Shown here: in pieces, positions 47,890 through 60,200 of the stretch
How the letters are laid out: each line of letters opens with the position of its first letter
How positions within the stretch are numbered: the first letter of the stretch is position 1
Assembly: GCA_047495785.1 (NCBI GenBank)
Contig: JBLDXI010000029.1
Span: 2,976,001 to 3,040,000 of the forward strand
Length of the DNA stretch: 64,000 nt
Direction of reading: 5' to 3'
Source of the DNA: Lepidodermella squamata
Lineage: Eukaryota; Animalia; Gastrotricha
The notes under the pieces: generated by a model
The model's database searches: none
Told to the model about the DNA's origin: nothing
What the model saw: the letters and a program-made list of their open reading frames with translations, nothing else
Position numbers and translations under genes: made by a program

Positions 47890-48175
47890 TGAGCAATGAT
47901 ATAAGAGCAAAACGAGATGAGAGCAACGAGATGAGAGCAGAACGACGACAGACGCGACTTGTTTTTTCTTCTTCGAACAGACAATTGAATCTCGACCCAT
48001 TAAGTATCTCGAATTGCTGTTAAACCGCTCCGCTAATCACTTGATAATGATGAAGAAAAAACAAGTCACGTGCCACTATTTTTTCGTGATTTATCATTAA
48101 TAATTGCTCTTTCGTCGTTCTGCTCTCATCTCGTTGCTCTCATCTCGTTCTGCTCTTATATCATTGCTCATATCT
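47890..48175. repeat. Inverted GAGCAACGAGATGA arrays (MITE-like; duplicated at +8279)
   Basis: TGAGCAATGATATAAGAGCA...GCAGAACGACGA is mirrored by TCGTCGTTCTGC...TGCTCTTATATCATTGCTCA. Confidence 0.65.
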
Positions 48176-48486
48176 CATTGCTCTAATTTCGCTTGCTTTT
48201 TTCGCACACAACCTAATATTTTATGTCCACAAAAATCTCATGAACATTTTTTCAATCACTTCTGGATTTTTTATGCAATATTTGAAAAGTTCACTCCTCT
48301 TTTTAGTAATGATTCATTCAGCAATTTAGCGTGTCAGATCTTCTGATAATATACCAGCCTGATCAAAAGGCAGACGGGTTTAGAGCCCTATCAAAAATTG
48401 CCGTTTTTTCAACGGCCTCTTTGTAAGGAACTCGGGAACATAGTTAAGTTTATTTTCCTTCCACTGTGATTATGCCTTGAATACGT

Positions 48487-48869
48487 CATTATAGGGCGAC
48501 TTTGCAGTCACGGGATTTAGGGGTCGCTTGTTTTGCTGGTCTGAGTCGCTTATTCGCGAGGTCGTTGTGGTGGGGCGGTCGTGTAAAAATTTCTCGCTAA
48601 AAAACGAGAGTGAAAAAATGATGCACCACCAGGAGTCGAACTAAGGATGCTGGAATATAAAGCCATGTTTTGATCCACTACGCCACCAATTCATAGTAAC
48701 TATGAGTTTCTATCAGTGGATCGATTGACAGCAATATGGGTGTAAATATTTTCCCGGCTTTTTACACGACCGCCCCACCACACGACCTCGCGAACAAAAG
48801 CGACCCAGACCAGCAAAACATAGGCGGACTTTGCTCTTAATCCCGTGACTGCTAAGTCGCCCTATAATG
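48487..48869. mobile_element. MITE with ~100-bp TIRs enclosing a degenerate tRNA-like A/B-box segment (copy at 56766-57148)
   Basis: CATTATAGGGCGACTTTGCAGTCACGGGATT / AATCCCGTGACTGCTAAGTCGCCCTATAATG; minus-strand TGGCGTAGTGG ... GTTCGACTCC within 48621-48688. Confidence 0.75.
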
Positions 48870-48997
48870 GTATTGCGTTGTTGTTGATACGCACGCCATC
48901 GTTCGGTCTTTTTAACAAAGATCTTGCTTGTATCATTTTGATCATTCTGGTTATTTTCAGCTAGTAAACCCAGTTTTTTTTCCTAGTGAGGTTTTGT

Positions 48998-51900
48998 TTA
49001 CGGCGTGGTGGATTGGCATCGTTCCAATGTGAGGCCATAAGCAAATGATGTTGTTGTCATTATAACAGTATTTGGAGCACTTCCTGTAAGAAGTGCGCAG
49101 CAGGCTGTGTATGATGTAGCTGCATAGGTGTTGGCAGGGCTGGTGACCTACGATTGCAATTATTGATCATTAATAAACGTGTGTGATATACGCGTCAGAC
49201 TATGTGTAACTTACGACTCCGGATCCGGCTGTAAGGGCAGCATCACTGACGAGATTGGAAGTATGCGGGAAGCGAACGCAGTTGCCGACCTTCGTATTAA
49301 ATACGCTTGAAGTAATCTTGTATGGATTAGCATCATCAGTGCTGATGCATGCGAGAGCCGGAGCTACTGATACTGATCCTGGGAGGATCTCGTAGCGAAT
49401 GTTAGCAGCGTTCGGCGGGGCCGGGGCTGCAGCTGCGCAACAGTCTGGGAAAGACGTGAACGAATTCGGGGCAGAAGGAGTCGCAATGGCTTGCTGAATA
49501 AAACCGATGTTATTCGCTGTTTATAATCGCGATTTTTCATCTTACTGTGAATGTGCTGGGAGAGCCGAAAGCGGCGGTGCAAGCCAGGCCGTTAGAAATG
49601 CACAGCTTGACAGTCTTAGAGACTGCTGTTCCAAAGGTCGAGCCAGTGCATAATTGGAAGGTTTGCTGTTGCATGATGAAGAATATTGAGTTCGAGCATG
49701 GAGTAAGGTTTGCTAACATTTTACCCGAGCTATAAGATGTTACGTTGGGGGCTTGTATCAAGAATATTCGCATCAATATAACCGATATTTCTGCGGCTTG
49801 GGTGAGGCAACAATCAACAATTTTCAACGGGACCCGTGAAAATTATCTCGCTTCCAATTAGATCAGGAATGCTCATCTCTCCCTTATACTTTAACCATAT
49901 TGCCCTTCTTTTCTATTTTTTACAGCGTGTCCTATGATCCAGTGCTTCTCAACCTTCATTTTTCGGGCCACATGCGGCCCGCAGCCAGATTTTGTGCGGC
50001 CCGGCACTCAACTAGGTAACTTGTATTGGTTGCGGCCCGCTAGCCTTGTTATCAATCATTTTTAAATAGCTTTAAGGTACAAGCGATGCCCGGAAGTCCA
50101 ACTACAGGGTTCATATGAATCATCCCTATTTTAGTGCATTTTTAGCCAACTTTCGGGTTGAAAATGCCCGAAAAAGCGTCAGCTAAAGCTCGCTTCGCTC
50201 GCGAATTGATTTGCAAGTAGTTTTTAACCGCAAACTTTTCGAGGCCGAGCGTTAAAAATTATCACCCCCACACCAAAATCCTGACTACCCTACTGAGTTT
50301 AACGCAGTTTATACCATTAATAAAGCCACTCATTCCCTTATTCCTTATTCGTTCATTTACGCTAATAAATTTTTTCAAATGCCCTCAAGGCCCGTTCTTG
50401 AACATTTTGCGTAAATAAATTCCAGTTATGATTTTCCAGTTTCTATTTGCGATGAGCGGAAATGACATTGCGAGGTCATAAAAAATGCTCATAAAACTTG
50501 ACAATTCTTTTGCTTTTTGACAATTCCTAACACATACTCAATACCTACTCATGAATGCTCAATTTTTGTTAAATTTTTTGTTTCAAATTTCATGGCAATA
50601 AAATTAGCGACTAAACAGCAATAATATCTGTTGAATTTCGCTCACATTATAAACATGCGGACAGCTGTGTTCTTACAATAAAATGTTAGCGGCCCGCAGG
50701 GATGGAAAATACTCATACTCATACTCATACTCATACTCAAATCGTAATGAACAGTTAGCAAATGGTAAATTGATGATCAGCAGTATGTGATTTCGAGGCG
50801 CCTCACCGCAGATGTTACATGTTTATCAAATAGAGCAGAATTATGTTTAATATAGTTGCAGAACGCTTGATGAGAATTATTTACGACAACAGAAGACAGA
50901 CGGTTCCACGCAGCACGAACACGCCTAGAGAAGCAGAATTTATAGCTTAGGTTATTTCTACACGCGCTCATCTTCACAGAGTGAGGAGGTAGGCGAGGAT
51001 TCCGGCAGATTTCAAAGAAATCAGAGAAATCAATGTCAACTAATCCCTGATACATTTTATGCATCAAAATCAAATCATGTTGGAGGCGGCGAACTTCAAG
51101 CGTCGTTAAACCCAGTTTTTTCAGACGATCTTCGTAAGAGGCACCTTCGACCGATTTGTGGTATGCGCTTCGATAAAGTAGGCGTTTCGTAAAACGTTTC
51201 TGTACCGACTCCAGGTCATCGATGTCCTGCAGGTTAAACGGCGAATACACGGCAGGGCAAAAGTCCAGACGAGACAGCGTATATGTCTTATACGCTCTGA
51301 ATCGGAGAGTTTTAGAAGAGAAAGACTTCCTTATCATACCGTTGATGCGATGGCATTTGGCGGCGAGAGACTGACAGTGTTCTGAAAGTGATAGTTTTGA
51401 GTCGATGATAACGCCCAGGCTTCACGCTTCACGGAGTTTACCGTCTGTAGCTCCACACCTTTGATGTCGAATTTAAACGGAAACTCGTTCTTGCCCATTT
51501 TCAGAACCACGCATTTCTTCGAATTTACAGCTAACTCATTTGTATCGAACCAATTGATAAGCCGATTTAGGTCTTCCTGTAGTTCGGAGCAGTCTGCGAG
51601 GCTTCGAATGACCTTGTACAATTTTGTGTCGTCCGCAAATAATTTCATGATCGAATTCAGAATACACGAGTTCACATCCGATGTGAATATAAGGAACAGT
51701 ATTGGGCCCTGGACCGAGCCCTGAGGTACCCCTGATGTCACCGGGGACCATTCCGAATTTTTCGAGTTGACAGTCACGCGAAAGAAGCGATCTGAAAGAA
51801 AAAATCTGACCCAGTTGAGAAGCGCACCACAAACGTTGATGTCAAGAAGCTTTGCTAATAACAACGATATCGGAACAGTGTCAAATGCCTTGGATAAATC

Positions 51901-54900
51901 AAGGTAAATAACTACTACATCAAGAAGCTGGTCTAGAAATTTTAGCCAGTCATTTGTACAGGAAAGAAGCTGCGTCTCACAACACCTACGCGATAAGAAG
52001 CCGAATTGATTTTCTGGTAACAGGTTATTCTTGTATAGATAATTCAACAGGTTGTCTTTCACGAGGGTTTCTTGGATTTTACATAGAATGCAAGTCAGAC
52101 TAACAGGCCTATAATTCCCCGCAGATGAGACATCACCGCTCTTTTTATAGATAGGTGCCACATTAGCATACTTCCACACAATAGGAATTTCACCAGTTTG
52201 AAACGAAATTTGAAAAAGCAGACATAGCGGAGTGCAAAGTGATCGAGCTAATTTTTTAATCCGAACTGGTAGGTTGTCTACGCCTCCCACAGGCTTTTCC
52301 TTGATTCCACATGCATAATTATATACCGATTCAGCATTAAAGTCGATAGTTTGCAAGCAGTCATTGACAGTCTTAAAGTTAGATGGAGATGAGAACGATT
52401 TGTTGTTGTAGGCTTCAGCGAATTGTTTTCTAAAAACTTCAGCCTTCCCTGAGTCATCCACAATGCTAATATCGTTAGAGACAAGAGCTGGTATTGCCGG
52501 ACGAGATTTGAAACGTAGAGAGAAGTAGTTATACAGATCATCAATGTTATTTGCAGAAAGCAGTTTATCCTCGTATTCGCGTCTGGCTTTACGATTTTCA
52601 CAATCATACAATAAGCAGGCTTTTTTTATAACGAAGATGGTCGGAGGATAATTTACCACCTGCGACCCATTGGCGATAGAGGCGACTTTTCTTGTTGGAA
52701 AGTCGCTGAATGTACGCGCTCACCCAAGGCATCCTCCCTTTCTTACGTTTGCGAGTCTTCCGGCGCGGTACGAACAACAAAATACCACGATAGAGGGTGT
52801 GCAGAAACCGAGAGTAACACATATCCATGGTGCAATTTGAAAACATTTCAGCCCAGTTTATCGACTCCACATAGTTTCCAAATTTGACGTAGTCGCATTT
52901 TCGAAAATTAAAAGCGCTTAAGACATGCGAGTTAGTGCTCGATGAACGAAATTTCACATTAATCCTGAATCTAACAATGCTATGATCACATGTGATTGCG
53001 AGCGGTTCATCGACGACAACACAAGGTATGATATTAGGAATATTAGATATGACCAAATCTAGAATATTATCACCACGCGTTGGTTTATCAACATATTGAG
53101 TCAGATTGTTTTTTAGAAAAAACTCGGTGAAACAAGAGTATAATAAATTGTTCGGATTTGTAAAGGTCACCCAGTTGAAGTCAGGTAAATTAAAATCACC
53201 CACCATCACACACGGCTCAGTAGTATCGACTTGCTTTTGCAAATAATTCACAAGATCTCGAATGGATTCTATAGGCGAGTTGGGCGAACGATAAACAATA
53301 ACTACCCTTAAAGAAATTCCATTAACCTTAAAGAACCCTTAAAGAAAATGAGTTAGAAAATGGCCCACTACGCAAAAAGGTTGAGAAGCACTGCTATGAT
53401 CAACCAAAACAAATCCTCTATACCTATACTCAATGGGTTTCTAAAATCGAGTTCTAAGTTCCAAGTCTTGGCCAGAGACAGTTGAAATAACATGCCATAC
53501 CTGCAACCTCGGTTTAACTTTACAACGAAGGCCTCTGTGATCTGTGATAACTGATTCAATTAAACGATTTGTTAAGCTTACAGGGCTGTGATCAGCAGAG
53601 TAATACATTTGTTTTTGTTAAACAACGCTAATATAAACGCTATGTAATATAAATCGCTCGCGCTATGTACTGCAAAAAATACTGCCGTTTTTTTATGCTG
53701 TTCATCTAGCTCTAATATTGTTAAACTGTCACGTTATTCCCGTCATTTGGGCCATTTCCTTCATTCGATCTGCCCTTCCGGTCTGCATAACCGATGGCAT
53801 CGGGACAATGCTCAAATTCTTTATTAACACTAGGAAGCTAGTTCCAACAATTTCTGACGAGAAAACATCGTCATTCAAGTCGCATTTTTTGTGCCACAAG
53901 CTACCTCTACCAGCAGCTGATGCCTTCCTATTGTGACTGAAATCACAAGCCAGTCTCCCAGGTTCCCCAGGTTGACAAATTTACCTTCTCGCGTCTTTTC
54001 TGGCAAAATATTCTAGTGCCCCGCTGATAGCTTTCAAGTCATCGGACAATTGTGTGCACTATTTTGTGTGGCACTACCTGTGATTTAAACCACAACTAGA
54101 CTAACCCGTTAATTTATTTAGAATTCATTCGATCATGATCCAATCACGACTCTGTTTCGGTCTTCACGCGGCTTGGAAGATATCTCGACCAAGTCGATAT
54201 GAACGCGATACTAAATCCCTTTGGCTGTGATAGGTTGACCTCTGGGAAAGCTTTGGGATCGGTCGCTATGCTTCGCTGAACGGAAGCAATTGGGCATTTC
54301 GAATTGAGAAAATTATGAAATTATGAACATCAGGCTTGAAATAAAAGCTTAGTCGGGCGAGGCGTGTGTCTTGGCGCGTACCGTAAATTCCGAAATACAA
54401 GCCCAGGCGGCGCTCTTTGTCGGCACTTTGATGTTCTTTGTAGTGTCGCCTGGGCTTGTATTTGAATATTTACGGTATCTGTCTTCGATCTAGCGGGATT
54501 GCTCATTACGCTAGATTTTTAACATGGGGCAAAAAATCTGGGTTTAGGAGCAAATTGGTCTAAAAATGGTCTAAAATCTAGGTTTTAATCCAATATACAA
54601 TTTGCTCTTTGTACGTCATATCTTTATCTTATCGGAAAAAACACTACTTACTGAGGGTGCAGGACAGGGACTGGCTATTGGCTGGCAAGATTTCGATGGA
54701 TCCGAGCACAGGTTAGTGGTTGGTACGCATATTTGACTGCTTGGGCAAGTAAGAGGGGCTATTGGCTGGCAAGATTTCGATGGATCTGTGCACAGGTTAT
54801 TTGCTGGCACGCACACCTGACTGCTTGGGCAACCATTATATGAAGGCGGACTGGTAAATGGTACGAAGCTTGATGGAGGCGATGGCGAAGTGCAAGCTTG

Positions 54901-54942
54901 GCTAGTTGTCAATAAAATTGATAAAATTGCAGTTATCAGCAT
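48998..54942 (-). CDS. Secreted Cys-rich family protein, copy G (probably intact, ~279 aa; 5-kb TE-filled intron 1)
   Basis: Exons 54942-54652, 49665-49546, 49493-49215, 49147-48998, phase 0. Signal peptide MLITAILSILLTTSQA|C; two CPSSQxCVPxxNLCxDPSKSCQPIA units. The exon1-exon2 join is inferred, and exon 1 lacks the last Cys seen in copies A and E. Confidence 0.68.
49940..53393 (+). mobile_element. Complete non-autonomous hAT element, 8-bp TSD CTATGATC, interrupted by a CR1-like LINE
   Basis: 17-bp TIR CAGTGCTTCTCAACCTT / AAGGTTGAGAAGCACTG; TSD at 49932-49939 and 53394-53401. Confidence 0.93.
50711..53343 (-). mobile_element. 5'-truncated, frameshifted CR1-like LINE with (TGAGTA)n tail; probable TSD GAAAAT
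   Basis: VYRSP, VGDFN, PTRGDNILDLV and CDH (APE); NYRPVSLT, YLDLSKAFD, GVPQGS and LFADDTK (RT); LESVQKRFTK and FSRRVRAAWN C-terminal motifs; split over three ORFs. Confidence 0.92.
54381..54475. mobile_element. ~95-bp Tc1/mariner-type MITE flanked by TA (copy at 62660-62754)
   Basis: TA|CCGTAAATTCCGAAATACAAGCCCAGGCG ... CGCCTGGGCTTGTATTTGAATATTTACGG|TA. Confidence 0.75.
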
Positions 54943-57276
54943 TAGATGATTCCAATTGCAAGGCAACATATTCGTTGAGACTATATAAGAGTAGTGGATA
55001 CTGCAGTGAGTGTAAATAGATGCGCTTTGCTGTTTTTGTTTAAACTGCCACAAGCGTCTTCAAAACATGCTAAGCTTCTCACGTTAACTAGCCAACGATG
55101 AAGCAGTATAAGTGCTTGTTTGAAACCGGATGTTATCCATCAAGTCAGGGCCGGATTAACGCATGGGCACAGCGGCATTTTACTAATAATTTCAGAACGA
55201 TTATTGGGCCTTCCTTCGGTCGCATAATTATGTTGAAATGTAACTACGAGGTAGTGTTTTGTTTGCAAGAACTTTCGAGGAACAAGTTTTATATGGTTTT
55301 TTTTACCTGGTCGTATTTATTCGGCATCAATTTGCGCTACGGATTTAATTAGAAACTTGGAATATCTTCATGGCAGAACTAACGCTGAACTGGCGAAACT
55401 AGCGTGACAGCAGGCGTGCTTCAGATTGGTGACAATAATTATCAAATGACCGCGCGCTCTCGCGCTATTTATTCAACAACCAACTCGCTACAAGATTGTC
55501 TTCATTCTTCCTCGCCGACGAAAAAACCCTAACCTCTCGACAGTTTCATTGTATCTGAAATAATACGACATTTCGTTATAGCGAAAGAATACATCGATAA
55601 GACGTAAGTGCCGTTGTGAGGGTTTGACTAATTTATTAAATATCTTATAAAATTTCGTTTTTATTGGAAATAAGCACTTTGATAGCTGAACGGGGTCGCC
55701 TATGGTTCCTACATCTCCTCATTCACCTCTCAACATTTCAAGAACATTTACATTTCAAGATGAAATATCGCAATAAAAATAAGTTGAATTTTCAAGCTCA
55801 ATAATTGTCTCATTCTCATCACTTTCTTTTTCTTAATAAAGAAGACAAAAACGTTAATGAGCGCCCCGCTAAACATCGTTAAGAGATAGCAATGATGCCA
55901 TTTTGATGAGGCTGCAATAAAAAAGCTATGTTCGTATTCCAATGAGCCCATAAACATATAACTGTTGGGCATATAATTTTGAAACGCACTGTAGTATATT
56001 TAATAAACAATTAAAAATAAATGTGACAGCCGTTGCGGATTTTTGGCTTGCAATATGGGCAGCGATGACGTTGCCGACAGCATGTGCAAAAATGAGCAGC
56101 GATCAACCGAAAACAGTTGCCTATTTTGAAAGTGAAAAAGCTCAAATAGCGTCATAAGCGATGGGACTTGAGCAATGATATAAGAGCAAAACGAGATGAG
56201 AGCAACGAGATGAGAGCAGAACGACGACAGACGCGACTTGTTTTTTCTTCTTCGAACAGACAATTGAATCTCGACCCATTAAGTATCTCGAATTGCTGTT
56301 AAACCGCTCCGCTAATCACTTGATAATGATGAAGAAAAAACAAGTCACGTGCCACTATTTTTTCGTGATTTATCATTAATAATTGCTCTTTCGTCGTTCT
56401 GCTCTCATCTCGTTGCTCTCATCTCGTTCTGCTCTTATATCATTGCTCATATCTCATTGCTCTAATTTCGCTTGCTTTTTTCGCACACAACCTAATATTT
56501 TATGTCCACAAAAATCTCATGAACATTTTTTCAATCACTTCTGGATTTTTTATGCAATATTTGAAAAGTTCACTCCTCTTTTTAGTAATGATTCATTCAG
56601 CAATTTAGCGTGTCAGATCTTCTGATAATATACCAGCCTGATCAAAAGGCAGACGGGTTTAGAGCCCTATCAAAAATTGCCGTTTTTTCAACGGCCTCTT
56701 TGTAAGGAACTCGGGAACATAGTTAAGTTTGTTTTCCTTCCACTGTGATTATGCCTTGAATACGTCATTATAGGGCGACTTTGCAGTCACGGGATTTAGG
56801 GGTCGCTTGTTTTGCTGGTCTGAGTCGCTTATTCGCGAGGTCGTTGTGGTGGGGCGGTCGTGTAAAAATTTCTCGCTAAAAAACGAGAGTGAAAAAATGA
56901 TGCACCACCAGGAGTCGAACTAAGGATGCTGGAATATAAAGCCATGTTTTGATCCACTACGCCACCAATTCATAGTAACTATGAGTTTCTATCAGTGGAT
57001 CGATTGACAGCAATATGGGTGTAAATATTTTCCCGGCTTTTTACACGACCGCCCCACCACACGACCTCGCGAACAAAAGCGACCCAGACCAGCAAAACAT
57101 AGGCGGACTTTGCTCTTAATCCCGTGACTGCTAAGTCGCCCTATAATGGTATTGCGTTGTTGTTGATACGCACGCCATCGTTCGGTCTTTTTAACAAAGA
57201 TCTTGCTTGTATCATTTTGATCATTCTGGTTATTTTCAGCTAGTAAACCCAGTTTTTTTTCCTAGTGAGGTTTTGT

Positions 57277-60200
57277 TTACGGCGTGGTGGATTGGCATCG
57301 TTCCAATGTGAGGCCATAAGCAAATGATGTTGTTGTCATTATAACAGTATTTGGAGCACTTCCTGTAAGAAGTGCGCAGCAGGCTGTGTATGATGTAGCT
57401 GCATAGGTGTTGGCAGGGCTGGTGACCTACGATTGCAATTATTGATCATTAATAAACGTGTGTGATATACGCGTCAGACTATGTGTAACTTACGACTCCG
57501 GATCCGGCTGTAAGGGCAGCATCACTGACGAGATTGGAAGTATGCGGGAAGCGAACGCAGTTGCCGACCTTCGTATTAAATACGCTTGAAGTAATCTTGT
57601 ATGGATTAGCATCATCAGTGCTGATGCATGCGAGAGCCGGAGCTACTGATACTGATCCTGGGAGGATCTCGTAGCGAATGTTAGCAGCGTTCGGCGGGGC
57701 CGGGGCTGCAGCTGCGCAACAGTCTGGGAAAGACGTGAACGAATTCGGGGCAGAAGGAGTCGCAATGGCTTGCTGAATAAAACCGATGTTATTCGCTGTT
57801 TATAATCGCGATTTTTCATCTTACTGTGAATGTGCTGGGAGAGCCGAAAGCGGCGGTGCAAGCCAGGCCGTTAGAAATGCACAGCTTGACAGTCTTAGAG
57901 ACTGCTGTTCCAAAGGTCGAGCCAGTGCATAATTGGAAGGTTTGCTGTTGCATGATGAAGAATATTGAGTTCGAGCATGGAGTAAGGTTTGCTAACATTT
58001 TACCCGAGCTATAAGATGTTACGTTGGGGGCTTGTATCAAGAATATTCGCATCAATATAACCGATATTTCTGCGGCTTGGGTGAGGCAACAATCAACAAT
58101 TTTCAACGGGACCCGTGAAAATTATCTCGCTTCCAATTAGATCAGGAATGCTCATCTCTCCCTTATACTTTAACCATATTGCCCTTCTTTTCTATTTTTT
58201 ACAGCGTGTCCTATGATCCAGTGCTTCTCAACCTTCATTTTTCGGGCCACATGCGGCCCGCAGCCAGATTTTGTGCGGCCCGGCACTCAACTAGGTAACT
58301 TGTATTGGTTGCGGCCCGCTAGCCTTGTTATCAATCATTTTTAAATAGCTTTAAGGTACAAGCGATGCCCGGAAGTCCAACTACAGGGTTCATATGAATC
58401 ATCCCTATTTTAGTGCATTTTTAGCCAACTTTCGGGTTGAAAATGCCCGAAAAAGCGTCAGCTAAAGCTCGCTTCGCTCGCGAATTGATTTGCAAGTAGT
58501 TTTTAACCGCAAACTTTTCGAGGCCGAGCGTTAAAAATTATCACCCCCACACCAAAATCCTGACTACCCTACTGAGTTTAACGCAGTTTATACCATTAAT
58601 AAAGCCACTCATTCCCTTATTCCTTATTCGTTCATTTACGCTAATAAATTTTTTCAAATGCCCTCAAGGCCCGTTCTTGAACATTTTGCGTAAATAAATT
58701 CCAGTTATGATTTTCCAGTTTCTATTTGCGATGAGCGGAAATGACATTGCGAGGTCATAAAAAATGCTCATAAAACTTGACAATTCTTTTGCTTTTTGAC
58801 AATTCCTAACACATACTCAATACCTACTCATGAATGCTCAATTTTTGTTAAATTTTTTGTTTCAAATTTCATGGCAATAAAATTAGCGACTAAACAGCAA
58901 TAATATCTGTTGAATTTCGCTCACATTATAAACATGCGGACAGCTGTGTTCTTACAATAAAATGTTAGCGGCCCGCAGGGATGGAAAATACTCATACTCA
59001 TACTCATACTCATACTCAAATCGTAATGAACAGTTAGCAAATGGTAAATTGATGATCAGCAGTATGTGATTTCGAGGCGCCTCACCGCAGATGTTACATG
59101 TTTATCAAATAGAGCAGAATTATGTTTAATATAGTTGCAGAACGCTTGATGAGAATTATTTACGACAACAGAAGACAGACGGTTCCACGCAGCACGAACA
59201 CGCCTAGAGAAGCAGAATTTATAGCTTAGGTTATTTCTACACGCGCTCATCTTCACAGAGTGAGGAGGTAGGCGAGGATTCCGGCAGATTTCAAAGAAAT
59301 CAGAGAAATCAATGTCAACTAATCCCTGATACATTTTATGCATCAAAATCAAATCATGTTGGAGGCGGCGAACTTCAAGCGTCGTTAAACCCAGTTTTTT
59401 CAGACGATCTTCGTAAGAGGCACCTTCGACCGATTTGTGGTATGCGCTTCGATAAAGTAGGCGTTTCGTAAAACGTTTCTGTACCGACTCCAGGTCATCG
59501 ATGTCCTGCAGGTTAAACGGCGAATACACGGCAGGGCAAAAGTCCAGACGAGACAGCGTATATGTCTTATACGCTCTGAATCGGAGAGTTTTAGAAGAGA
59601 AAGACTTCCTTATCATACCGTTGATGCGATGGCATTTGGCGGCGAGAGACTGACAGTGTTCTGAAAGTGATAGTTTTGAGTCGATGATAACGCCCAGGCT
59701 TCACGCTTCACGGAGTTTACCGTCTGTAGCTCCACACCTTTGATGTCGAATTTAAACGGAAACTCGTTCTTGCCCATTTTCAGAACCACGCATTTCTTCG
59801 AATTTACAGCTAACTCATTTGTATCGAACCAATTGATAAGCCGATTTAGGTCTTCCTGTAGTTCGGAGCAGTCTGCGAGGCTTCGAATGACCTTGTACAA
59901 TTTTGTGTCGTCCGCAAATAATTTCATGATCGAATTCAGAATACACGAGTTCACATCCGATGTGAATATAAGGAACAGTATTGGGCCCTGGACCGAGCCC
60001 TGAGGTACCCCTGATGTCACCGGGGACCATTCCGAATTTTTCGAGTTGACAGTCACGCGAAAGAAGCGATCTGAAAGAAAAAATCTGACCCAGTTGAGAA
60101 GCGCACCACAAACGTTGATGTCAAGAAGCTTTGCTAATAACAACGATATCGGAACAGTGTCAAATGCCTTGGATAAATCAAGGTAAATAACTACTACATC

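Noticed and set aside
47469-48346. Short hydrophobic ORFs recurring at +8279
   Set aside because: Recurrence reflects the tandem duplication; they overlap AT-rich MITE-like sequence.
48621-48688. Functional tRNA gene
   Set aside because: Acceptor and anticodon stems do not pair convincingly; embedded in a MITE.
50705-50740. Telomere-like (ACTCAT)n repeat or sequence-specific LINE targeting
   Set aside because: Only about 5 units, positioned as the 3' microsatellite tail typical of CR1 elements; a single site cannot show target specificity.
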